The translations under genes were made by a program, and so were the position numbers. From assembly GCA_022711655.1 (NCBI GenBank), contig JAKLEM010000002.1:1098-65097 (forward strand): a stretch of 64,000 nucleotides of DNA, given 5' to 3'. Shown here one piece after another: positions 9,491 through 17,820 of the stretch; the first letter of the stretch is position 1; the number at the start of each line of letters is the position of its first letter. The DNA is from Candidatus Auribacterota bacterium (lineage in GTDB: Bacteria; Auribacterota; Ancaeobacteria; Ancaeobacterales; Ancaeobacteraceae). The notes under the pieces are model-generated. The model had not been told where the DNA came from. It did no database searches and was given only the letters and a program-made list of their open reading frames with translations.

Positions 9491-9700
9491 TAAAAAACCC
9501 CGATCATCGAAAGGATGGTCGGGGTCTCAACACCGCGCACATCACGTCGTGCGCTCACGGCAACTGGCTGCCATCCTCGTACTGCGTTCTGCGTCCCTCG
9601 TACTGCGGTTTATACGCTGTACGCAGTACGCTATACGCTGTACGGGCTAAGGCCCTTCAGTTTTGCGTCCCATCCTTTCAGATGGTTTGCACTTAACTTA
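9491..9700 (-). promoter_or_regulatory. c-di-GMP-I (GEMM-I)-like riboswitch leader, copy 2 (no insertion)
   Basis: Minus-strand RNA UUAAGUGCAAACCAUCUGAAAGGAUGGGACGCAAAACUGAAGGGCCUUAGCC...GAGGAUGGCAGCCAGUUGCCGUGAGCGCAC. Compare Vc2 GGCAAACCAUUCGAAAGAGUGGGACGCAAAGCC...GGUAGCGGGGUUACCG. It has a GAAA tetraloop hairpin (CCAUCU/GGAUGG). An internal loop CCUUAG/GAUGG resembles the GAAA receptor CCUAAG/UAUGG. A terminator follows. Confidence 0.8.
9492..9524 (-). terminator. Intrinsic terminator (expression platform of riboswitch copy 2)
   Basis: RNA CCCCGACCAUCCUUUCGAUGAUCGGGG followed by UUUUUU, about 90 nt upstream of the giant gene start at 9399. Confidence 0.75.
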
Positions 9701-9785
9701 TCTCTTCTGCATTCCTCCTCTTTTCCTTTTCCTCCGCTGAACAACCAATAGCAAGAATACACATTTCTTTTTTACTTCAAGATTT

Positions 9786-9815
9786 ATTATATATCGGATC
9801 GCCATATTTTGTCAA
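9786..9815 (-). promoter_or_regulatory. sigma70-type promoter for leader copy 2
   Basis: Minus strand TTGACA (9815..9810), 18-nt spacer, TATAAT (9791..9786), in an AT-rich divergent intergenic region. Confidence 0.6.
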
Positions 9816-9864
9816 GGCTTATTTACTTGATGTCTCTATTCAAAAAAGTTACTATCGAACTTAT

Positions 9865-11790
9865 ATGATACCGGCAATCAAGCGTCTGATAGGAACAACA
9901 AGGTCAAAGGCTTTCGCCTATACCGCTATCATCCTTGTCGCCGCTTATGCCGCCCTCTCGCCGTCACTACAGAACGGTTTCACCAACTGGGACGATGACA
10001 CTCTTATCCAGCGAAACCCCCATATCATTGGGCTTTCCGCAGCGAACATTACGGCTATCTTCACCCTGCGTAACATCGAGAGCTATTATCCCCTTCCGCT
10101 GCTCTCTTTCGCGGCCGAGCGGGCTTTGTTCGGCCCGTCCCCCAAGGCGGTCCACGCCGTCAACCTGGCCGTGCACATGCTCAACTGCATGGCCGTCTGC
10201 ATCCTCGCGCTGCTCCTGTCGGGCAGCGCCGCAACCGCTGTTACCTGCGCGATCCTGTTCGGCGTCCACCCGCTTAACGCCGAGGCCGTCGCCTGGGCCG
10301 CGGGGCGGGTGATCCTCCTCTACGCTTTTTTCTCGCTTGTCACGCTCGCGGCCTACGTCCGCTCGCAAAAAGGAGGCCCGGCTGTCTGGTTCTACCTTTC
10401 GATCGTCACTGCTATCCTGGCATGTCTCTGCCACCCGGCCGCAATCGTCCTGCCGCTGCTTCTCCTGGCATGCGACTATCTCATCAAGCCAACCGTCTCC
10501 CTCCAGGACTCGGAGATGAAGGCGCCGTTCATCGCAATTGCGGCGGCATATGCCGCCGCCCTGTTCTGGCTTTTCCGCCCGCAGCAAGCGGCAGACGGCA
10601 CGTCCCGCTCCATGCTCGACGCCGGCCTCCTGACGGTCCATGGTATCGTATCGTCTTTCGTAAAGGCATTCGTGCCTGCAAATCTTTCCTGTTATTATCC
10701 GCCGCCTCCGACGGGGCAGCTGCCGTGGGAATATCTCCTCGCGCCGGCCGGTCTCCTGGCGATCGCGGCGGCGGCATACTGCCTGACCCGGCGGTCAAAG
10801 ACCGCTATGTTCGGGTTCCTGTTCGCGGCCACCGCGCTGGCCGCGCCGGCCGTCGTTTCCCAGGGTCGATCCTATCGGGCCGACTATTTCTGTTATCTCC
10901 CGCTGTTCGGCATCATCTATCCGTGCGCCGCAGGGATAGCGGCGCTCTGGCGGGGCGGGCCCGACAGGCGGATCTTGCGCGCGGCAACGGTGTCCATAGT
11001 TGCGGCGGCAGTCTGCGCCGCGATCGTCCTCTCGCGCGGCCGCTGCGCAGAGTGGAAAGACAGCATCACGCTCTGGGAGAGCTTTTTCAGGGCAAACGGG
11101 GCTTCCTGCACGAGCACCACGCCGTACATCAACCGCGCCAACGCATATATCGACACGAAACGCTATGACGAGGCGATCGCAGACCTGACCGCCGCGCTGG
11201 AGATCGACCCCGACCATCCCGGCGCCCTGTCCAACCGGGGCAACGCCTATTTCTTCAAGGGAGACCTGACGCGCGCGCATAACGATTACTCCCGGTCGCT
11301 CAGCATCGAGCCGAACTCCGCCAAAACGATCTACAACCGCGGCAACGTCCGGATCGCACGGCGCGACCTGACCGGAGCGATCGGCGATTATACCCGCGCG
11401 ACGAAGATCAGCCCCGGCTACGCGGAGGCGCACAACAACCTCGGGAATGCGTACGCCGAATCGGGAGACCCCGAACGGGCCGAAACCGCGTACCGCCGGG
11501 CGATACGCTCGAGGCCCGACTTCCCCGACCCGTACCTCAACCTCGGCAACCTGTTCTCCGCCTCCGGCAGGCCGGCGCGGGCAATCGTCAACTACGACAG
11601 GGCCCTCGCGCTCAAGCCGGACTGGGAGCAGGCCCTCCACGGCCGCGCCGTGGCGCATTTCCTGTTAAAGGAGTATGACCTGTCGAGACGGGACGTCGAG
11701 CGTATGCGGTCGCTCGGTTACGCCGTCAAGCCCGAATTGATCAGACGGCTGAACGCGGCGGCCGGAGAAACCACGGAGGTAAAACAATGA
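9865..11790 (+). CDS. Polytopic membrane protein with C-terminal TPR repeats (TMTC/DUF1736-like GT-C glycosyltransferase candidate)
   Basis: About 400-aa multi-TM N-terminal domain with an acidic FTNWDDDTLIQRNP motif in the first loop. The C-terminus has 6-7 TPR units (..NRANAYIDTKRYDEAIADLTAALEIDP..). Paralogous to 34096..36003. Confidence 0.75.
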   Translation: MIPAIKRLIGTTRSKAFAYTAIILVAAYAALSPSLQNGFTNWDDDTLIQRNPHIIGLSAANITAIFTLRNIESYYPLPLLSFAAERALFGPSPKAVHAVNLAVHMLNCMAVCILALLLSGSAATAVTCAILFGVHPLNAEAVAWAAGRVILLYAFFSLVTLAAYVRSQKGGPAVWFYLSIVTAILACLCHPAAIVLPLLLLACDYLIKPTVSLQDSEMKAPFIAIAAAYAAALFWLFRPQQAADGTSRSMLDAGLLTVHGIVSSFVKAFVPANLSCYYPPPPTGQLPWEYLLAPAGLLAIAAAAYCLTRRSKTAMFGFLFAATALAAPAVVSQGRSYRADYFCYLPLFGIIYPCAAGIAALWRGGPDRRILRAATVSIVAAAVCAAIVLSRGRCAEWKDSITLWESFFRANGASCTSTTPYINRANAYIDTKRYDEAIADLTAALEIDPDHPGALSNRGNAYFFKGDLTRAHNDYSRSLSIEPNSAKTIYNRGNVRIARRDLTGAIGDYTRATKISPGYAEAHNNLGNAYAESGDPERAETAYRRAIRSRPDFPDPYLNLGNLFSASGRPARAIVNYDRALALKPDWEQALHGRAVAHFLLKEYDLSRRDVERMRSLGYAVKPELIRRLNAAAGETTEVKQ

Positions 11791-13862
11791 GGCGCCTTTT
11801 CCAGCTCGGCTACATCGACCCGGGGACCGGGTACACGATCTTTTCGATGGGGGCGTGGGCGGCCGCCCTTTTGGTTGGATTATTCGGAACGGTTCTGGTA
11901 TTCTTCAAACGGTTCTATTACGCGGTCAAGGCGCGCTGGAAGACGGCGGCACTGGCCGTCGCGGCGGCGGCCGCCGCAGGCGGCATCGCGGCATATATCA
12001 CTATGGCTCCACGCTCATCAAATTTCACCGGCAGGATAATCATCATCGGATTCGACGGCCTTTCTCCGGAGATCGTCGAACCGATGATGCGCGACGGACA
12101 GCTCCCCAACTTCGCCCGCCTCAAGGAACAGGGATCGTACAGCCGGATCGCGACCACGAACCCGGCGCAGTCGCCGGTGGCCTGGGCCGGATTCGCCAGC
12201 GGGCAGAACCCCGGCAAAACGGGGATCTTCGACTTTATCGTCCGCGATCCGAAAACATACGGCCTTTCACTGTCGCTCTCGCGCATGGAGCGCGGCAGGT
12301 TCCAAAAGGTCATGAACAGCAGGGCGTTCTGGGACTACACCTCGGATAAAGGTATCCCCGCCGCGATCGTCGCCTGCCCGCTAACCTTTCCTCCCTGGCG
12401 CATCGCCGGCAGGATGCTTTCAGGGATGGGAGTCCCCGACGTCCTCGGCACCGAGGGGACCTTCACTTTTTACACATCCGAATTCATCAACACCGAGAAA
12501 GAGACGGGAGGCAAGGTATTCCACGTCAAGCGCTCGCCGACGATTTTCATCCGCCTGATCGGCCCGAAACGGGGCGGCGCCGGAGGCAGCGCGGAGAACG
12601 TCACCGTTCCCGCGAAAGTCTCCCTCGCGAAGGACGGCCGCTCCGCCGCCGTCGAATTCCAGGGGCGCACGGCCACGCTCACCCCGGGAACGTGGAGCGG
12701 ATGGCAGGAGGTCTCGTTCAACCTGGGGCTCTTCAAGACGATGAAGGGGATCTTCAAATTCTACCTCGTCGAGACAGAGCCGGGATTCAAGCTCTATATC
12801 AGCCCTATCAACTTTGACCCCCGCGCCCCCTATTTCCCGATCTCTTATCCGGGCGGGTACAGCGCCGAGCTTGCGAAGACGATCGGCCTGTATCATACCA
12901 TGGGGATGCCGATGGACACCTGGGCGGTCAACGAGCTCCGCCTGACCGAGGCGCCTTTCCTCGAGCAGGCCGAGGAGATCTTTCTCGAACGGAAAAAAAT
13001 GCTCGAATTCGAGCTCGGGCGCTGCGACAAAGGGGTCTTCTTCTGCTATTTCGAAACGCCCGATATCATCCAGCATATGTTCTGGCGGTGCCGCGACGCG
13101 GGCCACCCCCTCTACGATGCGCAAGCCGCCGCCCGGCACGGCGAAACGATCGCGGAATGGTACCGCAAGACCGATGCGGCTCTGGGGACGGTGATGGAGC
13201 GGTGCCGCGAAGGCGACACGCTGATCGTGCTCTCCGACCACGGCGTGGCGTCTTTCAGGAGGAGCGTCCATCTCAACGCCTGGCTCCGCGACAACGGCTA
13301 CCTCGCGCTGAAAGGGGCGGGGACGCGATCCGGCGGCGAACTTCTGGCGGATATCGACTGGCCGAAGACGCGCGCCTACGCGATCGGCTTCGGCGCGATC
13401 TATATCAACATGAAGGGGCGCGAGCGGGACGGCGCCGTCGCGCAGGGTGCGGAAAGCGACGCGCTTGCGAAAGAGATAGCGGCGAAACTCGGGGAATGGC
13501 GCGACGAGAAGACCGGTGAGCCTGTCACCGATGCGGTCTTCGCTCGCGGCGAGATATTCCGCGGGCCGTTCGCGAAGGACACTCCGGACCTCTACGTCGG
13601 CTTCAGCGCCGGCTACCGCGCATCGTGGCAGACAGCCGTCGGCGCGACGCCCGAAGCGCTGATCGAAGACAACCTCAAGAAATGGTCGGGCGACCACCTC
13701 TTCTCGCCGCAGCTGATACCGGGCGCCCTCTTCACCAACCGGAAGATCGCCGCAGGCGACCCGTCTCTCTACGACATCGCGCCGACCGTCCTCGCCCTCG
13801 CTGGCTTCAGCGAGGACGAGATCGCGTCATGCGATTTCGACGGCCGCGATCTCTTTCACTGA
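11787..13862 (+). CDS. Alkaline-phosphatase-superfamily protein (type I phosphodiesterase/nucleotide pyrophosphatase family), membrane anchored
   Basis: ATGA start/stop overlap with the upstream gene. N-terminal TM helices. Motifs IIIGFDGLSPEIVEPMM and LIVLSDHGV are typical of this family. Confidence 0.75.
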   Translation: MRRLFQLGYIDPGTGYTIFSMGAWAAALLVGLFGTVLVFFKRFYYAVKARWKTAALAVAAAAAAGGIAAYITMAPRSSNFTGRIIIIGFDGLSPEIVEPMMRDGQLPNFARLKEQGSYSRIATTNPAQSPVAWAGFASGQNPGKTGIFDFIVRDPKTYGLSLSLSRMERGRFQKVMNSRAFWDYTSDKGIPAAIVACPLTFPPWRIAGRMLSGMGVPDVLGTEGTFTFYTSEFINTEKETGGKVFHVKRSPTIFIRLIGPKRGGAGGSAENVTVPAKVSLAKDGRSAAVEFQGRTATLTPGTWSGWQEVSFNLGLFKTMKGIFKFYLVETEPGFKLYISPINFDPRAPYFPISYPGGYSAELAKTIGLYHTMGMPMDTWAVNELRLTEAPFLEQAEEIFLERKKMLEFELGRCDKGVFFCYFETPDIIQHMFWRCRDAGHPLYDAQAAARHGETIAEWYRKTDAALGTVMERCREGDTLIVLSDHGVASFRRSVHLNAWLRDNGYLALKGAGTRSGGELLADIDWPKTRAYAIGFGAIYINMKGRERDGAVAQGAESDALAKEIAAKLGEWRDEKTGEPVTDAVFARGEIFRGPFAKDTPDLYVGFSAGYRASWQTAVGATPEALIEDNLKKWSGDHLFSPQLIPGALFTNRKIAAGDPSLYDIAPTVLALAGFSEDEIASCDFDGRDLFH

Positions 13863-15691
13863 ATATATCCCAGCGACTTCAGGTCCTTGAGCTGTTCTTC
13901 GGAGAACTTCGGCTGGCGCTGTTTCCCTTTGGGCCGTTTCGGTTCGATCTGCTCATCCCAGGAACGGAGTATAGAGTGGAGCCGCTCGCGCTCAGGCTCC
14001 GAATCGCCCGTGCGGTTGGCCAGCTCTCCCGGGTCTCCCGCGAGATCGAAGAGCATCTGCGCGCTCGTCTTCCGGTCGAAGACCAGCTTCCACCCCTCGC
14101 GAGTCACCGACTCGGCCGGGTGGTCGACATGGGTCGTCTCGCTGACGATCTCCCTTCCCCTCAGCGAAGCAGGGTTCCCGGCATCGATCGGCTCGCCGTC
14201 ATGCTCGTAGCCGCGCGGCATGGCGACGCCGGCCCAAGCGGCCGTCGACGTCATCATGTCGATAAGCCCCACATACTCGTCGATCACGCGCCCCTCTTTC
14301 TGGCCGGGAAGCTTCACGATAAGCGGCACATGCACCTGTTCCTGATAGAGCGTGCCGCCGTGCCCTATGGTGCCGCGCTCGAGAAACTCTTCGCCGTGGT
14401 CGGCGACGAAAACGATCAGCAGGTCGTCGTACAGCCCCAGCTTGCGGACGGTATCAAGGAGCCGGCCGATATATTCGTCGGTGAAACTGATCTCCGAATC
14501 GTACAGAGCGGTGATATAACGCAGGTCGTCGGGCAATACCTCGGGGATCCGCTTGAGCAGATCAACATGCTGCTGGTCGCTGAAGAACCGGCCCCGGTAC
14601 TCGGGAAAATAATTGTAGTTTTCGTGCAGGATATAATCGTAGTGCGGGTCAAAATAGTGGACGAACAGGAAGAATTTTTCGCCGCCGTGCTCCTTGAGGA
14701 AGCGGATCGCCTTCGCCGTCACGGACGGCGACGATATGTAGTCGGCCGCGCGCGCATCGCTCTCCTCATAGGCTTCGTATCCCTGCTGAAACCCCATACG
14801 CGAGCCGATATGGACGTTCGAAACGATCCCCCTGGTGGTATAGTTGCGCTCCCGGAACAGCTCGGCAAGCGTCACGAACCGCGGCCCCATCATTCCCCGG
14901 ACCGATTCCTTGAGAGAGCTGCCGAACAGCTCGATCCCGATCGCCGCAGGGTACTGGCCCGTGATCATGCTGCCGATCGAGGCGCTCGTCCATGGAGCGG
15001 CCGCTATCGCATTCTTAAACAGCGTCGCCTCTTTCGCAAAGAGGTCGACGCAGGGCGTCGTCTTCCGCCCGTAACCGTAACAGCTCATGTGGTCGGCACG
15101 CAGGGTGTCGACGATAATAAAGAGGACCGATGGCCCTCCCGGCGGATGCATCTTCTTATCGGCCCCCGTAACGATCCAGGGCGCGATCGCCGCGACGAGA
15201 GCGCACGCCGCCGCCATGCGAAGAACCTTGCTGGGCCGGCCTTCCGCCCTGTATCGAACCGCCATAAGCCAGGAGAGGAGCACCACGAGGACGCCAAGAT
15301 CGCCCAGCGCGTAGTTGACCGCCGGAACGTCGCCAATCAGCCACAGGGCGTCGGCGGCCATCAGCGCCGCAAAAACGGCCGTCAGGCCGACGGCCGCGAT
15401 GAGCGCGCACCTTCCCCTATGCCGTTCTATAAAGCCCCTCACCGGGCCAGCCAGCCTCAGAAGCGGCCGCAGGAAGATCACGACCAACGGCACAACCACC
15501 ACCGCGCCGCCTGCGGTCAGCAGGACCCACTTGGACAATTGCTGGGCGGCTGCCGCCAGCGCCATCCGGTACATACCGTATTCTACATAACGATGCGCCA
15601 TGACCGTCTGCAGCGTAAAGAAGACCCCTGCGCAGAACCCCACGACCAGGACCGCCGATGCGGCATCTATCCAACGCTTCACTGTTGCCAT
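13856..15691 (-). CDS. Sulfatase-family (alkaline-phosphatase superfamily) membrane protein, probably a phosphotransferase rather than a true sulfatase
   Basis: Several N-terminal TM helices, then LFIIVDTLRADHMSCYGYGRKTTP. The nucleophile region reads APWTSASIGSMITGQ (Thr, with no C/S-x-P-x-R FGly motif), as in LtaS/EptA-type enzymes. Convergent with the upstream gene, with a 7-nt overlap. Confidence 0.7.
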   Translation of the reverse strand: MATVKRWIDAASAVLVVGFCAGVFFTLQTVMAHRYVEYGMYRMALAAAAQQLSKWVLLTAGGAVVVVPLVVIFLRPLLRLAGPVRGFIERHRGRCALIAAVGLTAVFAALMAADALWLIGDVPAVNYALGDLGVLVVLLSWLMAVRYRAEGRPSKVLRMAAACALVAAIAPWIVTGADKKMHPPGGPSVLFIIVDTLRADHMSCYGYGRKTTPCVDLFAKEATLFKNAIAAAPWTSASIGSMITGQYPAAIGIELFGSSLKESVRGMMGPRFVTLAELFRERNYTTRGIVSNVHIGSRMGFQQGYEAYEESDARAADYISSPSVTAKAIRFLKEHGGEKFFLFVHYFDPHYDYILHENYNYFPEYRGRFFSDQQHVDLLKRIPEVLPDDLRYITALYDSEISFTDEYIGRLLDTVRKLGLYDDLLIVFVADHGEEFLERGTIGHGGTLYQEQVHVPLIVKLPGQKEGRVIDEYVGLIDMMTSTAAWAGVAMPRGYEHDGEPIDAGNPASLRGREIVSETTHVDHPAESVTREGWKLVFDRKTSAQMLFDLAGDPGELANRTGDSEPERERLHSILRSWDEQIEPKRPKGKQRQPKFSEEQLKDLKSLGYIQ

Positions 15692-15722
15692 GTCCCCTTT
15701 CAGACGGGCCGAACGCCGGCCG

Positions 15723-16964
15723 TCATCGACCGATCTCCGTCACCAATCCGACGCCGCACACACAACCCGCCGACTCCATGACGAAGCGTCCGAATTCGTC
15801 GGCGGCCCCTGACGCTTCCACGAGAAAGGGCTTTTCGCAATTGACCGTCACCCGCGCCGTCTCGTTGGCGCCGAGCGAACGGGCATCTTCCTCGATCACC
15901 GCCATCGTGGACGAGTCGATCCTGGCCTTTATCGACCCGACCGAGCACCGCCCTTCCTGCGTGGCGCACCGCAACAGGTACTCGGACCGCATATCGAGCG
16001 GCTTTTCCGCCAGCCACAGGAGATTCGCCTCAAACGACTTCGCGAGCGGCGGCTCGGCGCCGGGGCCGCACAAAACCGCGCCCCTCCCGAGGCCCGCATC
16101 ATTATCGAGGACAAGACCGACGCATTCCCCCGCGCCCGCCAGCTTGCGGTCATGTTCGCCGAACACCTTTATCGACCGTATGACCGCCTTGCGCTCGGGC
16201 GGCAGGACCAGCACTTCGCCGCCGCGGCGGAAAGACCCCGATTCGACCCTGCCGACCAGGATCCGCTCCCCGCCGCGCTCATAGACGTCCTGGACGGATA
16301 ACCGCGCCAGCCGGTCTTCCGGGACAGTAGTCGCCCGCAGAGATTCCAGCAGCTCGAGCAACACAGGACCTTTGTACCATTTCATCGAACGGCTTCTCTT
16401 CGATATATTGTCGCCCTCTCTGGCCGACACGGGGATGATGCAGAGCGGCTTGAGCCCGATCTTTCCCAGAAACACCGCCAGATCGCCGGCAACGCTGTCG
16501 AAACGGCCCTCGGCAAACTCCACCAGGTCCATCTTATTCAGGACGACGATCACCTGCTGGATACCGAGCATCCGGGCGATATAGGCGTGGCGCGTGGTCT
16601 GCTCCATCACCCCTTCGTTCACGTCCAGCAGGAGAAGGGCGGCGTCGGCCTGCGCGGCGCCGGTCATCATGTTCTTCAGCAGCTCGACGTGGCCCGGGTT
16701 GTCGATGATCACGAAATTCCGCTTCCGCGTCCGGAAAAATATCTGCGTCGTGTCGATCGTCATGTCGTGCTCGCGCTCTTCCTTGAGCTGGTCGGCCAGG
16801 TAGGCCAGCTCCGCCTCTTTGCCGAGCTCGCGGGAGATCTTCGCGATCTCCGCCATCTTTTCTTTCGGCACCGAACCGGTGTCGAGCAGGACCCGGCCTA
16901 TGAGGGTCGATTTCCCGTGGTCGACGTGCCCGATAAATGCGATCTTGATCGTTTCCAACGCCAT
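15723..16964 (-). CDS. cysN: Sulfate adenylyltransferase subunit 1 (GTPase), no fused APS kinase
   Basis: GHVDHGKST, DNPGH and NKMD GTPase motifs with an EF-Tu-like fold. In an operon with cysD. Confidence 0.8.
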   Translation of the reverse strand: MALETIKIAFIGHVDHGKSTLIGRVLLDTGSVPKEKMAEIAKISRELGKEAELAYLADQLKEEREHDMTIDTTQIFFRTRKRNFVIIDNPGHVELLKNMMTGAAQADAALLLLDVNEGVMEQTTRHAYIARMLGIQQVIVVLNKMDLVEFAEGRFDSVAGDLAVFLGKIGLKPLCIIPVSAREGDNISKRSRSMKWYKGPVLLELLESLRATTVPEDRLARLSVQDVYERGGERILVGRVESGSFRRGGEVLVLPPERKAVIRSIKVFGEHDRKLAGAGECVGLVLDNDAGLGRGAVLCGPGAEPPLAKSFEANLLWLAEKPLDMRSEYLLRCATQEGRCSVGSIKARIDSSTMAVIEEDARSLGANETARVTVNCEKPFLVEASGAADEFGRFVMESAGCVCGVGLVTEIGR

Positions 16965-16972
16965 ATCCGCGC

Positions 16973-17809
16973 CTATGGGGAAAGGGTTTTTGTCAGGGTC
17001 AGGAGGCCGAGAAGCAGCGTCACGACGCCGATCACGACCTTCAATTTACGCTCGTTGATCTTCTTGACGGCAAGCACGGCGAACGGGACAGATAACAGCG
17101 CGCCGGTCACGTTATAGGGCGCTAACGTAAAACTCACGTGCGGCACGGTGATCCAATACATGATCACGCCGGTGAGGCAGGTCAGCCCCTCGGCGAGCGA
17201 GGTTATGCCGATAGTGCTTTTCGTCTCGACTCCCGCCAGGAGCTGACCGCCGGTAACGATCGGCCCGTAGCCGCCGCCGCTCAGCCCTTTATTGAACGAG
17301 GCAAGAAGCCCCAGGCCCGTGATCTTTTTCCAGGAGAACGGGTACTCCTTGTTGCGGGTGAAGAAGATCACGAGTCCCATAGAGAAGATGATCAAACCGA
17401 TGATCATCACCATGATGTTCTTCGGCAGCCGCACCGCAAGCAGGACTGCGCCGATCGTCCCGACGATGCTGCACAGAGCCAGGAGCAGCGCTATCTTCAA
17501 ATGCCGCGGCACGCCGTGAGTAAAACTTTTAACGTAGCCGAGCTCCCTGATCCTTCGCGCTATGACGACGACATTCGTCGAGCGCGGGGTAAAATCGACG
17601 TTTCCCATCCGGTGGTGAGTGAACCCGGCGACAACCCCCGTGGCGAACTCGGAGAGCAGCACGGAAGGGACGATCTCCAGAGGAGAATACCCCATTAACA
17701 GGAGCACGGGGGTCAGGATCGTCCCGTATCCCATCCCGAGCGACGAGTCGACGAACTCGGAAAAAAAGGCGATCACGGCTATCAGTATCCCCGACGATAA
17801 TGGCATCAT
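16973..17809 (-). CDS. TauE/SafE (DUF81) family anion exporter/permease
   Basis: Track ORF 16973..18172 trimmed to the ATGATG at 17809, which has an AAAGGGGG RBS. The 5' extension overlaps cysD and is Arg-rich noise. MMPLSSGILIAVIAFFSEFVDSSLGMGYGTILTP.. with about 8 TM helices. Confidence 0.75.
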   Translation of the reverse strand: MMPLSSGILIAVIAFFSEFVDSSLGMGYGTILTPVLLLMGYSPLEIVPSVLLSEFATGVVAGFTHHRMGNVDFTPRSTNVVVIARRIRELGYVKSFTHGVPRHLKIALLLALCSIVGTIGAVLLAVRLPKNIMVMIIGLIIFSMGLVIFFTRNKEYPFSWKKITGLGLLASFNKGLSGGGYGPIVTGGQLLAGVETKSTIGITSLAEGLTCLTGVIMYWITVPHVSFTLAPYNVTGALLSVPFAVLAVKKINERKLKVVIGVVTLLLGLLTLTKTLSP

Positions 17810-17820
17810 CCGCCCCCTTT

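Noticed and set aside
611-9700. The ~170-nt near-identical copies at 618..787 and 9498..9666, considered as IS/MITE ends or as a DGR template/variable repeat pair
   Set aside because: There is no transposase, reverse transcriptase or target duplication. The copies are non-coding and in the same orientation. Each sits between a promoter and a gene and contains the GEMM-I core plus a terminator.
9700-9740. Mini-ORF AUG CAG AAG AGA UAA (MQKR) after GAGGAGG in the copy-2 leader, considered as a leader peptide
   Set aside because: The SD-to-AUG spacing is only about 1-2 nt. The ORF is absent from copies 1 and 3, where only the purine-rich stretch is conserved.
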